A DNA stretch of 63,987 nt, the filler included, from Stramenopiles sp. TOSAG23-3 (lineage: Eukaryota), in NCBI GenBank assembly GCA_900128585.1. It is 3 parts of 3 records of this genome, joined end to end, with 100 filler letters (N's around TTAATTAATTAA, not from the genome) between each part and the next. Parts side by side here need not be neighbours in the genome. Positions count along the whole stretch, not along the records: positions 1 to 22,165 come from LT642342.1; 2 more parts are not named here. The stretch is one strand, 5' to 3'. The notes under the pieces were generated by a model that worked only from the letters and a program-made list of their open reading frames with translations, was not told the DNA's origin and made no database searches. The position numbers and the translations under genes are program-made. Shown one piece after another: positions 10,736 to 22,165 of the stretch. Position 1 is the stretch's first letter. Each line of letters begins with the position of its first letter.

Positions 10736-11149
10736 ATGGGTTGCGGTTCAAGTGTTGGCGCTGCTGGTGGCACAAAAAAACTCACGTCTGCTATTCGTTG
10801 GCATGACGCGGAAAATGACGACAGATTAGACACTATTCATGGGCTTATGCGCTTCGTTAATACAAAAGACGAAGTTACGGGCAATGTTGCGATACACATT
10901 GCAGCACAAAACGGCAAAGTAGACGTCGTAGATTATTTGTTAAAAAATGGGGCCCAAGCCAATTCCCAGAACTTCAAGGGCAACACAGCGCTGCATATGT
11001 CGGTGGAGTATAACCTTGAAGATACCACCCGAAAACTGTTAGAACTCGGGGCGGACAAGACTATTAAAAATTACGATGGAAATGCTGCGGAGACTGGCAT
11101 AGATGGGGGCAAGAACTTGCCAGAGTCAATTGTTCAGGTTTCCCCTTAG
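10736..11149 (+). CDS. Small ankyrin-repeat protein with N-terminal acylation motif
   Basis: GNVAIHIAAQNGKVDVVDYLLKNGA and GNTALHMSVEYN..TTRKLLELGAD repeats; MGCGSS start. Confidence 0.88.
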   Translation: MGCGSSVGAAGGTKKLTSAIRWHDAENDDRLDTIHGLMRFVNTKDEVTGNVAIHIAAQNGKVDVVDYLLKNGAQANSQNFKGNTALHMSVEYNLEDTTRKLLELGADKTIKNYDGNAAETGIDGGKNLPESIVQVSP

Positions 11150-11267
11150 AACGCAAACGTGACTGACAGAGGCGTTTTTCCTGCGGGCCGTGCGTGGCCC
11201 AAAAGAGAGCTGGAACACTTCCGTCGTGACTTATCCGTTGTTCTGTTATTCTCCGAGACCTTGTGAT

Positions 11268-11434
11268 AAATGGTGTGATTTTAGTAATCAATAATACTGC
11301 GAACTGAACTCTACTGGTGTGATTTTAGTAATCAATCCACCTACCGATTCGGAGCACGCATGGAGTACATCTGAACATGATGAGTCAAGACTAAGTGACA
11401 AGGGTATATATTGATTACTAAAATCGCAACATTT
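11268..11434. mobile_element. Short TIR element (MITE-like family B), copy 1
   Basis: TGGTGTGATTTTAGTAATCAAT at 11271 and 11315, inverted copy at 11410-11431 (20/22); the body recurs inverted at 27100-27190. Confidence 0.7.
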
Positions 11435-11587
11435 GAGATCATTTCGCAGTACATGAAGGAATGTAAACCTCTAATGGACAAATGCTGAGTAGATACATTT
11501 TCGCGGTATATGAGAAAGCTAAATTTTAATTACTTAATAACAGCCAATTTTCTGGTTTTTAAATTATTTCCTCTCTTAACTCTCTGT

Positions 11588-14428
11588 TCACATATCTATT
11601 CGTTCAAATGGACGATTGGACCTCGGCTTCATTCGTGGCACGTTTATCTTTGTTTGCTTTCCATTTAGCGTGAACGCAGCCCGACCGCTCGCACTTTTCA
11701 TAGAATTCTGCGAAACCAGCGAAGAACCATCCTTGTTCTTGTACCACTGGCTCACTGTCATCCTCTTTTCCCGCGCGGACAGGGCACTGTTTGACGAGCG
11801 ACCGTGTAAATCTAGTGGCGGTTGCGGGATGTGCCCGCTCGCTTGTTGCTTCGTGGCGATTCCAGTTTTTGGGTGGTCTGTTCTGGGCAGAACAACACTG
11901 CTTTGCATTTGTTGCCGGGGTAGAATCGTCCTGTAAATACCATTTCCGCGAGACGGGGACAACCGTTGCCCGCTCGGCGGAGTGAGCAAGCGAGGGTTCG
12001 CCTGCAACTCACGGACTTGAAAGACGGCCCGTGATCCTGAGCCGGCGGCAGCTGTGTTAGTATTTAATGGGGAGTGTCGACGAATGAGTTCGCCGTTTTG
12101 GAGTTTCTGGGAGGGATAATTCGCCTTGCCACCAGAGTCAAAGCTGTTCAGATCGCCCGTCAAGTTTATTGTTGCAGGTTTCTGAGGATGGGTATTCCCG
12201 TCCGCTCGGGAAAATGGCATCTCTATTCCACCCTGCTCTCCATTCGGTGGCGCACTGAAGTTTTCCCGGCTAACGGCGTTTGGCAATATCGGGGGAATGG
12301 GTGTCTCCACTTCTCCTTCGTGTCTTTCAAGCTCCATTGCGACGATATTAGCATTGGAGGAAGACGACCCGGCGCTACTGGTGCGACTACTGTTGCTTGT
12401 GCTTGGGGGCGAGTTATCGCCCTCGAGAGACTCGGACGACGAGCGCGCGCTTCCTGCTACCGAGGGGATTCCACTGACCGTTGAATTTGAACGCGCAGAG
12501 TCTCTACTGTCGCGACCTTCCCGCGCAGAAGCAATCTGCCGAGGCACGGTGCCAAACGTTGACCCGCGTTTGTACGTAATTTTCTTCTTCGGCTTCAGGT
12601 TGGGCCTTCGCCCCTTCGCACACGCAGCAATCCACAAATTGCACACCGTATTGTTGTATCGCTGCGCTTCGTAGAACTGGGCATAGTAATCGTTCACTTC
12701 AGGGGCAAAGCTGGGGTAGATGCGTTGAAAGTTGCACTTCCGATTGTACTCTGCCTCCATTTCTAAAATCATCATTCTGTCGTCTTGTGGCAAGCACGCC
12801 AACGATTTCTCCGACAGGGCGAAGACGTTGCGCCGCCGCGGCGGGCCAGATTTAGAGCCTTTCGTATGCAGTCTTTCTAGTTCCGCCTTGGCCTCTTTTT
12901 TCTTCTCCTGCCGTGGGTCGCCTGTTTTAAAGCCCACAAGGTTGTACGTGTCGCACAGCAAGTTGTTTTTGCACGTTTTGTCCAGTGGGGACGAACTGCT
13001 CAGAGACGGGGCAATGTTCACTTCAATCACCCATGGTTTCAGTTTGTCATCCAGGAAGACATCGAACCCGTACAACTCAAAGCAGTTGTCCCGTCGCAAC
13101 TGGTACCTGTTTATCTTGGAGGCAACGGTCGATTCTGCGGCAATAACCGTCTTTACAATAACGTCCTGGATATCGCGCATTACTTTCGTGTCGTCTACGT
13201 CATTTTCCCTGAAGTGCCGGCGCAAGGCTTTGAGGGTCCACTTACTGCCAACCCCACAATTGTTTGCATCATCGTTTTTCACAAAGTCCTCGTTGTTCTT
13301 GTTCACGCTGTAGTTGGTAAGGTGCATGAACCTGTTCTTTAAATGCTTGGGGTTCCTGGAGTAATCACACGTTGCGAACCGCGCCAACCCATCATCATAC
13401 AAATACACACGAAGCGGATCGTAGCAGGTCACGCAAACGTAAAGCCTCAAGTCAAACTTCCGGTTGTTGATCAAGTACGGCCGGCTCAAGTACTTCTGCA
13501 CAATGGTCCCCTTGCTCAACCGCACATTGGAGTGACCGTTCACGACTTTGATGCCGCGACCGCATGACGAGTTGGAGGGCTTCACGATCCAAAGTGAGCG
13601 CGGGTCGTTGGCCCATATCGCGCGGATCTTTCTCCGATCTTGCGGCATTACAAATGTATCGGCGTGTATGGAGTAGGCCTCGCCAAATCGTCGGTGCATA
13701 ACCCCCAAAATTTGCCCCAGCCTATCTTTGCGACCAATAATGTAAGTGCCTGGAAAGTGGTTCACCTTTTGCAGCTTCTGCAGGGCACGAAACATCGACG
13801 GGGAACAGTGCCGCCCCCAGTACGCATTCATCTTATTGAACGAGGTCGTTCGCCTGAATCCACTCCGGTGCCAACTGTTCCGAACACAGTTGTATTCGTG
13901 AACCTTCCCGCCGATGTTAAAATAGCAATGCCTTTTCGTATTCTCGATTTCCGTCACCTCTGCATCGTCAGAAATTTTTACCTCTTTCGCGAGGTAAGGG
14001 GGGTAGTTAACGCCAACGGTTTCTATCTCCGTGTTTCCCTCCCCGCAGTACTTAACCAATCGAAGGGTTGGGTGCGACACATGGGCTTCGTTCATCCCTT
14101 TCGACTTTCTAAAATCATACTTGTCGGCAAATTTTGCGTGCCTAACGTTCGTGACGTCTATTTCTTCCGCGTCTTCTTGATCCTCGTCGTTGTAGTCGCT
14201 ATCGTCCATATCGTCGTCTCCCGACTCCTGGCCAACGTCCGTACCATCGTCTACGAAGCTGGCACTTTCGTCCTCTTCAAAACCCTCGGATGCTACCCCA
14301 ATGTCTTCGCTCTCCCCCGACATTACCCTATTTCGGCTGGAAAGCGCCACTCTATTATTTGATGTCGCAGAAACGATAGCAGCAGTATTTCGCTGGGAAA
14401 GCTTCGCAGGAACGGCAGTCGTCGCCAT
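11588..14428 (-). CDS. TTLL4: Tubulin polyglutamylase, TTLL4-like
   Basis: QKVNHFPGTYIIGRKDRL, WIVKPSNSSCGRGI, QKYLSRPYLINNRKFDLRLYV, GLARFAT, MHLTNYSVNK, CFELYGFDVFLD, IEVNIAPSL; ATG at 14428. Confidence 0.9.
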   Translation of the reverse strand: MATTAVPAKLSQRNTAAIVSATSNNRVALSSRNRVMSGESEDIGVASEGFEEDESASFVDDGTDVGQESGDDDMDDSDYNDEDQEDAEEIDVTNVRHAKFADKYDFRKSKGMNEAHVSHPTLRLVKYCGEGNTEIETVGVNYPPYLAKEVKISDDAEVTEIENTKRHCYFNIGGKVHEYNCVRNSWHRSGFRRTTSFNKMNAYWGRHCSPSMFRALQKLQKVNHFPGTYIIGRKDRLGQILGVMHRRFGEAYSIHADTFVMPQDRRKIRAIWANDPRSLWIVKPSNSSCGRGIKVVNGHSNVRLSKGTIVQKYLSRPYLINNRKFDLRLYVCVTCYDPLRVYLYDDGLARFATCDYSRNPKHLKNRFMHLTNYSVNKNNEDFVKNDDANNCGVGSKWTLKALRRHFRENDVDDTKVMRDIQDVIVKTVIAAESTVASKINRYQLRRDNCFELYGFDVFLDDKLKPWVIEVNIAPSLSSSSPLDKTCKNNLLCDTYNLVGFKTGDPRQEKKKEAKAELERLHTKGSKSGPPRRRNVFALSEKSLACLPQDDRMMILEMEAEYNRKCNFQRIYPSFAPEVNDYYAQFYEAQRYNNTVCNLWIAACAKGRRPNLKPKKKITYKRGSTFGTVPRQIASAREGRDSRDSARSNSTVSGIPSVAGSARSSSESLEGDNSPPSTSNSSRTSSAGSSSSNANIVAMELERHEGEVETPIPPILPNAVSRENFSAPPNGEQGGIEMPFSRADGNTHPQKPATINLTGDLNSFDSGGKANYPSQKLQNGELIRRHSPLNTNTAAAGSGSRAVFQVRELQANPRLLTPPSGQRLSPSRGNGIYRTILPRQQMQSSVVLPRTDHPKTGIATKQQASGHIPQPPLDLHGRSSNSALSAREKRMTVSQWYKNKDGSSLVSQNSMKSASGRAAFTLNGKQTKINVPRMKPRSNRPFERIDM

Positions 14429-15662
14429 AGTTTCTGTACGTGCTATAAGGCAGGCAACGAAGAGTTTGGCTCGATTGATCGGTGAAGGGGAAAAGAAAAA
14501 AACAGCGACAAGACCAAACCACTCTAAACAAAAAACCACAGTTTAATTTCTCCTCAAAATACACCGAAGCTCCCTCTCCCTTCATTTCCAAATGGACTCG
14601 CAATCTTCACAAGCATGTCAATTGAGCACTTCTATATTAAATACTATCAACCAATAATAATTAGATCTAATAATAATAATAAATAAATAATAAAAAGAAG
14701 AAGAACGAACGGAACGAACGAAGAAGAATATTATTATTAATACTATTTCTATATACTACAATAATAGAAGAGGTAATAAATATTTATATAATAATAATAT
14801 AATAATAATAATAATGGTTTTTTTATTTCTACTAAGAAAGAAAAAAAGATGTAGGCGGAAAAGAGTATCGGAACGAAAGAAAGAAACAGAAAAAAATAAT
14901 AGTATGATTCATACATAGAATATCCAATTTGTATTTATATATTATCTATTTATTTACTATTTAGCTATAATATGTAAAAAAAATTATCTGAACAAAAATG
15001 ATTGTCGTTTTGCTTTTTGCCATTTAGAATTATCTACGAAGAAGATTTTTTAGATATTTTTTATTATTATTATTATTATTATTTTATCCCACAATGTATA
15101 CATACGCACACTATCGAAGGGGTTTGTGCGAGACGTTGTACTTTATTATTATTATTTCTATCTCCTCCTCGTTGGAATGGAAGTTAATAGTAGTGTTAAT
15201 ATTTAGGGTTTATGATTATCTTTTTGAGATGAGATTGAGATTGAGATTGAGATTGAGATTGATAAAATGTCTTAAAACAAAATAATGGGTACAGTACAAC
15301 AGTACAGTATGTATTATTTTTTTTATTACATTATTTTTTATTAATTTTACTTTTTTTCCTATTGTATGATGATGTTATTTTTATTTTTGAAAGAAGAAGG
15401 AGGAAGAATTAATTTAATTTATTATTTAAAGAAAGAGAGAGGTATTATTGAGAGAGTTACGTAGTTGTTGTTTTGTTGAACTTGGAACTAAACTTTACTC
15501 TAAAATGGTAAAATACAACAGAAAAAAGAAAATGCATGGTTTTTATATAAAACGTAAATAGAAACGTTTGAATTAAGAATTTTTTTTTCAATGTAGATAG
15601 AAAAGGTGAGTTTTCTTTGAACGTTTGAAAATTTTGTATCGATTTGTTTGTACGGTGACACC

Positions 15663-17273
15663 ATGAGCTCTTTCCGCTTTAGGGCTCGTTCTCCGCCCAG
15701 CTCTAGAGGGCAGGCCAGCGCCCAACGCCGTGCCCGCTTTGAAGATGCGGACGAAAACCAGCCGAAAAGGCGGAAAATTTCTGGAGGGGAGAAGGACACA
15801 AGTGAAGTTTATACTGGGACTGGGGGATTTTCTCAACCTTGCGCGACGGCTCTGGTGCACTCTTTTCTGGGACCTTGCTACGAGAGACTGAACGAGAAAT
15901 TTCGTTCGATACAGAAATTGACAGAGAAAGAGTTCGTGGTGTCGGGAACGGCACTAAAGAGGTTGGTCGCGTCGAAGAAGAGTGTAGACTTTTCAAAGGA
16001 CAAAAGTGCTGGGAAGAAGCTTCGGCTTGTGCAGCAACGAGTCGATGAGTTACACAAAAAGCTTGCGACTGTGGAGGCCGAGCAACTGGTCATCTTCAAC
16101 TCGCTGGAAAGCCGGGCGAAATTGCTGATAAACCCGATAAAGGATGAGAAAGAGTACAGCGTCGCCTTAGAAAAGCACTTGGACTACTTGGTCGCAGACT
16201 ATCTTGGGCGGACCAACCGTTTGGATGCGGCGAAAGAGCTCGCTCAAGCCTCTGAGGTAGAGCCATTCCTTGACTTGGATATGTTTGCTGAATCGAAAGC
16301 TATTCTGATGTCCGTGAAAGAGGAAAACGTCCTTGGGCCGGCACTGTCTTGGTGCACGGCAAACAGAGCGCGCCTTCGGAAATTAGGAATCTTTTTTGAA
16401 CTAAAGTGCCGAATCCAAGAATTCATCGAACTCTGCAACAACGGACAGTCGAATAAAACGAAAGCAATTGAGTACGCAAAGAAGTATTTTTCATCGACAA
16501 TTAAGTCATTGGAGGCAACTCCCGCTGCAAAAACAACGGCAAATAGCCGTGGACAAGGCCCCACTCGGTCTGCCACGTCGTCGTCAGCAGCAGAGGATCT
16601 CAGCCGCGGCGCCAGTCCCGGCAATCATCAGGGGAAACAGACTATGTTGAAAATGGTATCAGGGGTGATGGGACTGCTTATGTTTGCAGACATTCAAACG
16701 TGCGGGATTAACCGGTACGAGCAGATGGTAGCACAAGTCGCATGGGATAGAATCGCGACAGACTTTCAGAGCGCATTCCTGGCAGTAAACCGCCTCTCCA
16801 GCGAACCCCGGCTTTGTACATCTCTTCGCGTTGGCCTCTCTGCGCTGAAAACGCCGTCATGCCAGTGTGCGAGAAATGGGCATGGCGAGGGATCCGGCTC
16901 TGCAGACTTGCAGGCGCCAGGGGGCGCAAGCACGGGCGCCAGTGAAGACGACAGACCAGAAGGTAGCAAAAAGGAATGGGGCTGTAGCAATGGAACGAAT
17001 AGCTGTCCTGCGTGCGACTCGAACCTGCGGTATTTAGCGGCCCCGTTACCAATTGCTCACAAAGGACAGTCCATGTTGGTTTGCCGTATAAATGGCCAGC
17101 CAATAGACCAGGCCAATCCCCCATTGGCATTCCCAAATGGGCAGCTCTATGGTACGGCTGGATTAGTTGGCATATCAAAAGAGAAAGCCTCTGGTGGAGC
17201 ACGAACAGTCAAGTGCCCGCAGACTGGATTGGAAATAGATTTCAGCACGTTAAGAAAAGTGTATATACTTTAA
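15663..17273 (+). CDS. MAEA: CTLH/GID complex RING subunit MAEA/GID9/Fyv10-like
   Basis: LisH (LDYLVADYLGRTNRLDAAKELA), CTLH (PALSWCTANRARLRK..ELKCRIQEFIEL), GLSALKTPSC, CPAC..LAAPLPIAH..SMLVCRINGQPIDQANPPLAFPNGQLYG. Confidence 0.85.
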   Translation: MSSFRFRARSPPSSRGQASAQRRARFEDADENQPKRRKISGGEKDTSEVYTGTGGFSQPCATALVHSFLGPCYERLNEKFRSIQKLTEKEFVVSGTALKRLVASKKSVDFSKDKSAGKKLRLVQQRVDELHKKLATVEAEQLVIFNSLESRAKLLINPIKDEKEYSVALEKHLDYLVADYLGRTNRLDAAKELAQASEVEPFLDLDMFAESKAILMSVKEENVLGPALSWCTANRARLRKLGIFFELKCRIQEFIELCNNGQSNKTKAIEYAKKYFSSTIKSLEATPAAKTTANSRGQGPTRSATSSSAAEDLSRGASPGNHQGKQTMLKMVSGVMGLLMFADIQTCGINRYEQMVAQVAWDRIATDFQSAFLAVNRLSSEPRLCTSLRVGLSALKTPSCQCARNGHGEGSGSADLQAPGGASTGASEDDRPEGSKKEWGCSNGTNSCPACDSNLRYLAAPLPIAHKGQSMLVCRINGQPIDQANPPLAFPNGQLYGTAGLVGISKEKASGGARTVKCPQTGLEIDFSTLRKVYIL

Positions 17274-17892
17274 AGTATCAATCTTGGCATTTTTTTTTCC
17301 AACAATTCGAATACAACATACTAAAAAAACAAAAAAACAAGTACAACATACTTACGTTTAAACCAGAACATTTTCCGTTAATTTTGTTATAGTCTAACTA
17401 TACGGTAGCCAATTTGCTTTTTACTATACGGTGTACCCAGGCAGGTAAAATATACATGGTATAATACCTGGTTACTGGTGCATTCCTGGTTCGGTGCCTG
17501 GTACCGTACCTCTGGTATAAATTTTACAGGTACTTAACACAAACAAACGGGACGAAAAAAACCACAAAGAAACAAAATGACTGCTGCTGCTGCTGCTGCT
17601 ACTATATAAAGGGATCATCTTGCTGTGTGAATAAGAAGAACAGAAGAAGTATAAAATATAATAATAATACGACGACGACTGGAAAAAATTATTAATCATC
17701 ATCAGTACCTTATTCGTACAGTACGCATGCAAGACGGCACACACTTCGCAGCCCTCTCTTTTGGTTTTCTTTGAAGCACTTGTTGACCACATTGACGTAA
17801 AGGAATTCTCGCTTAGATAGACCATAAAAGGATTGCTGGGAAACTTGATATTGAGTGGGTGAGTTTTGTGTCTGAAAATTAGTTTGCTCATT

Positions 17893-19068
17893 ATGTCAGA
17901 CGAGACCCCTTCCCACCATCGACCGTTACCGGCGTGGAAAGTGGGAGGAACACACAACTTAACGGCGCATTCTCCGAACGTTATGGAAAAGCAGCGGCTG
18001 TACTCGGATCCTTTTGAGGCAATGGCACCGTTGCATCGACCTGAGTTTGACGCTTTAGTCGACGTAGTTAAAGTACTGAGGGACGATTTTCGGATGGAGC
18101 ATAAGACGATAGTTCCTAAAGTTGACAATTTACGAAGGCAAGTCAACACCGTTACCAGCAACCAAAACACTTTCATAGATAAGATGGAGGCCCAGCTCAA
18201 CGACTCAGAAGTGAGGCTTGAGCAAACGCGGAAGCATCTTGTCACATCATTTGACGCAACTGTAGATGAATTTGAAAATATAAAAGAAGATTTACATTCG
18301 AATGGAAACAGGGTTGAAGAACTCTTCAACTGGCGCGCCGCAGCGAATAGTGAAGCGGTGGATTTAAACAGCCGAATCAGCGCACTAGAGCTTCAGTTTG
18401 GATTGCAAAAGCAAATGGTGCACAACTTAAGATCAGATTATGCCGAAGACCATGAGTCCATTTTAAGAATGCAGCGTTCTATTTCTCGCCTGGAACTAAA
18501 CCAAGACACATTATTGAGTGAAATAAAAAAATGTAAAGATGTCTCTGAAAGTGCTCAAAAGCAAATCAAGGGGGCATTCTTAGAAGTCAAATCCCATTGC
18601 AATCAAATGCTAAGTGCATCAGACGTCAATTTACGGAAACAGCTGAATGAAAGGATGTCTAACAATTCAAACAATTACGGAAAAGAAATAGATATTTTAG
18701 CAACAAAAATAAACGAGCTGATGTCGCAGCAAACGGCGAATGAAGGAGCTATTTCCAGCGTAGTTGAGGCCAGCTCTGTGTTTCAGGACAATTTAGCGAG
18801 CATAGTTAGCGAGTACACCATTTTGAACCGGCGACAGGCAGAGACCATGTCTAGGGTAGACAAATTGGACAGCGATGAACGAGAAGTGAGGCATATGGTA
18901 AAGGGTCTACAAGGCTCTGTATTGGCATCGCGGGAAAGCGCCATCCGAAACATTGAAAGGTCGTGCTCATCTTTGGAACTGCGCTTAAAAGACTCATTAA
19001 CTCAGTACATAAAAGCGAGAATGCTAGCTCAAAAAACGAATGATCCGCCCATTACAACGCAAAATTGA
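17893..19068 (+). CDS. Uncharacterised long coiled-coil protein
   Basis: 391-codon ORF with heptad periodicity and coding-type GC; ATG at 17893. Confidence 0.75.
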   Translation: MSDETPSHHRPLPAWKVGGTHNLTAHSPNVMEKQRLYSDPFEAMAPLHRPEFDALVDVVKVLRDDFRMEHKTIVPKVDNLRRQVNTVTSNQNTFIDKMEAQLNDSEVRLEQTRKHLVTSFDATVDEFENIKEDLHSNGNRVEELFNWRAAANSEAVDLNSRISALELQFGLQKQMVHNLRSDYAEDHESILRMQRSISRLELNQDTLLSEIKKCKDVSESAQKQIKGAFLEVKSHCNQMLSASDVNLRKQLNERMSNNSNNYGKEIDILATKINELMSQQTANEGAISSVVEASSVFQDNLASIVSEYTILNRRQAETMSRVDKLDSDEREVRHMVKGLQGSVLASRESAIRNIERSCSSLELRLKDSLTQYIKARMLAQKTNDPPITTQN

Positions 19069-19267
19069 AAGAGAAGTACATCAAAATTACGAGTAGAAAC
19101 AAAATTTATATGTGGCTGTTATTTAAGTAAATTTATCAAAAAACAATAAGAATTATTTATAAAATTTGTAAGAAATATTTTCAAAAAATACGTTTTGTAA
19201 TGTTATAATTAGTAAGGACGTATGCTCAGTTTTTTAAGAACCAAGAATTTCACAGTGTCATTAAGTT

Positions 19268-22165
19268 TTACTTCGCAAAAGTGTTAATAATGCCCGCCCC
19301 CTTGCGCCAAAGAGACCCCTTTGTTTTCCTCCGGCGTGGGCGACGAGACTTGAACACTATCTGCTTGGGTGCCCGGGGAGACATAACAATTGCAGATACC
19401 TCTTTTTCTTTCTTTAGCACTGCCCTTTTGAATTTTCTAGTCTTGTACATGGCAAGTAACCATTTCTCGTATTTGTGGGTTTCAAAAACTGTCCTAATCC
19501 CTTGGCGCTTGCGTTCCAAAGATTCCTTTATATATGCTATCAGAGTTTCAATGTTGTGGGCTAGATGATCGTCTTTATTCCATTCTTCCTCCTTGTCAGT
19601 GATCCAGTCAGAATGTTTCGTAATCGGGTGTTCAGCTATGTGACCTGGATGGTGAACATTTTTCTTGACGAAGTAGTCGTGCACGTTGCTTACCCCCATT
19701 TTTCTCAAATCGTGCTCATCCGGCATCTGCTTAAGGTCTGCCACGCGGCACATGGCTTCCAAAAAACATGGAAAATCAATATAGTTTGAGTTTTCTTTCA
19801 CATCGTCCACTACAGCAAACATACTCTGCGTTGCGGCAAAGGCCGCATCGCGAACTGTAAAGGTGCTGTCAACTAGCTGAAAGTAATTCATCATTTTAAT
19901 CCACCCCCCGGTGGTCATGTGAACGCGGGCAAAAGATGAATGTTTCGTCTGCAACGACGAAAAGTCAGTAAAAATTTCTACGAGTAAATGAAAGTTGTCC
20001 TCAAGTATATGGTCCACGTGTTCATCATAAAGATGGTTTCTCCTAAATTCATTCCCATCATCCAGAAACTTGGAACCAAAGTGCTCACGAAGAGATCCTT
20101 TAAATTGGCTTTGAAACGAAGTCGTCAGATCCTCCTGAAATTCTCTTGCGTACTTCTCGTACGATATTCTGAGCATGATCTCCATAAATTCTTGGCGGCA
20201 AATCGAGTCGCCAATCTTTGAAACAGCATTATAAATGGAGCGGATGCTCGATCTGCTGCAATGCGCAGACTTCGGATCAGCAAGTTCAGCATCGGCAACA
20301 AATAAATTAAACTCTGAGTACGTCATCAATGCGTTTGCTTCGTTATCAATTCCCCGAAAAAAGTAGTAGATCAGGGACAGCTCTTTGTGGACATCACGCA
20401 AAGCCACTTCCAAACGGCCTACCATCATCGCATTTTCCACCAGCGATTGAGCGTGCTCCACAAAAGGAGAATGCCCAGATATTTTAACGTGGTGGCCCTT
20501 TTTTGTGGCACTGCCTTGGACAGTTTCTTCGTACGTATCCAGCACCTCTATTGTTGCCATGGTAAACTCTCCGATTTCTCTTAGCTTTGCTGCGGTGCAG
20601 CCGCATGCTGAATAAAATTGCACCAACGGTATTTTCATCACCTCCTCACGCATTATTTCCGTCCCTCGTTGAGGCCTTGGGAACCGAAGCTCAGTTACAG
20701 AACATTCAATTTTTTTCAACTTTTTTGTTACAACGGTTACGAGGTTGTTCTCAAGGAGCAATATTGTGCAGTCTTTGGCTTTGTTGGAGTCACTAAAGAC
20801 ATCCACGTTGTTGTCGACTGCAAATACAGACCGAAGGTCGATAACGTCGTGCAAATATTCACGAAACGACTCTTTTGCCATGATCATTTTCCAGTCGTGT
20901 AAAAATGCAGCACTGTAAACGTTTTGCTTTTCGTAATAATCTTTGCTTTCAACTAGATACGGTCGAAGCCCAAAGGATGATTTATCCAGTGCGGCATTTG
21001 ACATTGTATGGACGTCATCTTCAACAAATTTTTCGTCCGCTTGTATAGGCTCCCTAGTAGCAGAAAAGCACATGTGCGTTTCGTTGATCTCCGCGTTGTA
21101 CCGCTTCAACCGCTCGTAAGTGCAGCGTGGGGGGTCCGGTGGGTGCTCGTGTCGGTCAAGGGGGGGGAGCTCGATGCTGGGAAAAGTGCGGTGCGTGAGT
21201 AGCGGTATGCTCTGGATAGACGATGATGAGGCCCTTGTAGGCACCTTTGGGATTTCCACTTCTTTCACACTATCAGGCTCCCGTAGCCCAGGCTTTTGAA
21301 AATAATGCACCTCGTCGCCAGTATCTGTTGTGTACACTTTCAAATTTATAGCCTTCGAGACTCGATTACCTTTTATGTGTTTCCACATACAAAGTTTTCC
21401 TTTCCCATACGCATTTTTTCTGCTGAAGCTAACTGCGCTCCGACGTGAATGCTGCGGTTCTAAAACGACCTTCATGGAAGGGACACGATTCATGACTTTT
21501 TTTTTACCTTTCAGTTTCAACCCAGGTCCCTCTTTTCCCGTCTTGTTTTTCTCTTTGCGCAAGGTTTCATAATGGTGAACTTTCGGTGCCCAAGGGTTTA
21601 CCCGGATGCTCGGCCTACTCTTTCTAGAGTCCCAAATCCGCGATGCAGGCTGCCTCATTCGATGTTGTAACTCATGTTTTACGTTTGACCTCGCCCCGGC
21701 AGTCTGCGGGCGCAAACGGGGAGACCTTGGTCTGGTTGGCGGGCGTACCATCTTGCTCCCCATGAGTCCCGCAGTTTGGGGGCGACTCTTTCCGCGCTGG
21801 TTCATTTGATGATGCTGGGTGCTTTCCCTGCGAGGACCCCGGCACGTCTGTGGTCGTTCCGGCACTCGTGTAGAGTGAGTACGGTTATCCGTTCTTGGTG
21901 ATGCCCGCCTGACCAAAATCCTGCTCTGTGAACTCCAAATGTTGCTCTCGCAGTCTGCGACCACTCTTATCTTGTCGTACCAATCAGAAAAATCATTCTT
22001 TAGTTTATGCGTCTTTTTGTCTAAAGGTTTGGCAGGTTTTTTTTGTGGGATTTCGATAGAACCGACTTGGAGATTCGGTTTTGGTGCCCCGAAAGCTGAG
22101 TTTGTTTTGAGACGCAACTCGCTCTTGTAAAACAGCGTCAAATTGCTTGGGTGCGATTTTAGATT
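19268..22165 (-). CDS. Large protein with basic disordered N-terminus and EF-hand-like helical C-terminal half; 5'-partial
   Basis: Frame is open right up to the N spacer; RPQTA repeats; EF-like segments MTYSEFNLFV, ICRQEFMEIMLRIS, IDFPCFLEAMCRVA. Confidence 0.7.
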   Translation of the reverse strand, partial: NLKSHPSNLTLFYKSELRLKTNSAFGAPKPNLQVGSIEIPQKKPAKPLDKKTHKLKNDFSDWYDKIRVVADCESNIWSSQSRILVRRASPRTDNRTHSTRVPERPQTCRGPRRESTQHHQMNQRGKSRPQTAGLMGSKMVRPPTRPRSPRLRPQTAGARSNVKHELQHRMRQPASRIWDSRKSRPSIRVNPWAPKVHHYETLRKEKNKTGKEGPGLKLKGKKKVMNRVPSMKVVLEPQHSRRSAVSFSRKNAYGKGKLCMWKHIKGNRVSKAINLKVYTTDTGDEVHYFQKPGLREPDSVKEVEIPKVPTRASSSSIQSIPLLTHRTFPSIELPPLDRHEHPPDPPRCTYERLKRYNAEINETHMCFSATREPIQADEKFVEDDVHTMSNAALDKSSFGLRPYLVESKDYYEKQNVYSAAFLHDWKMIMAKESFREYLHDVIDLRSVFAVDNNVDVFSDSNKAKDCTILLLENNLVTVVTKKLKKIECSVTELRFPRPQRGTEIMREEVMKIPLVQFYSACGCTAAKLREIGEFTMATIEVLDTYEETVQGSATKKGHHVKISGHSPFVEHAQSLVENAMMVGRLEVALRDVHKELSLIYYFFRGIDNEANALMTYSEFNLFVADAELADPKSAHCSRSSIRSIYNAVSKIGDSICRQEFMEIMLRISYEKYAREFQEDLTTSFQSQFKGSLREHFGSKFLDDGNEFRRNHLYDEHVDHILEDNFHLLVEIFTDFSSLQTKHSSFARVHMTTGGWIKMMNYFQLVDSTFTVRDAAFAATQSMFAVVDDVKENSNYIDFPCFLEAMCRVADLKQMPDEHDLRKMGVSNVHDYFVKKNVHHPGHIAEHPITKHSDWITDKEEEWNKDDHLAHNIETLIAYIKESLERKRQGIRTVFETHKYEKWLLAMYKTRKFKRAVLKKEKEVSAIVMSPRAPKQIVFKSRRPRRRKTKGSLWRKGAGIINTFAK

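Noticed and set aside
17472..18329. 285-aa minus-strand ORF and other short ORFs in AT-rich spacers
   Set aside because: Antisense to a better-supported gene or low-complexity; no coding signature
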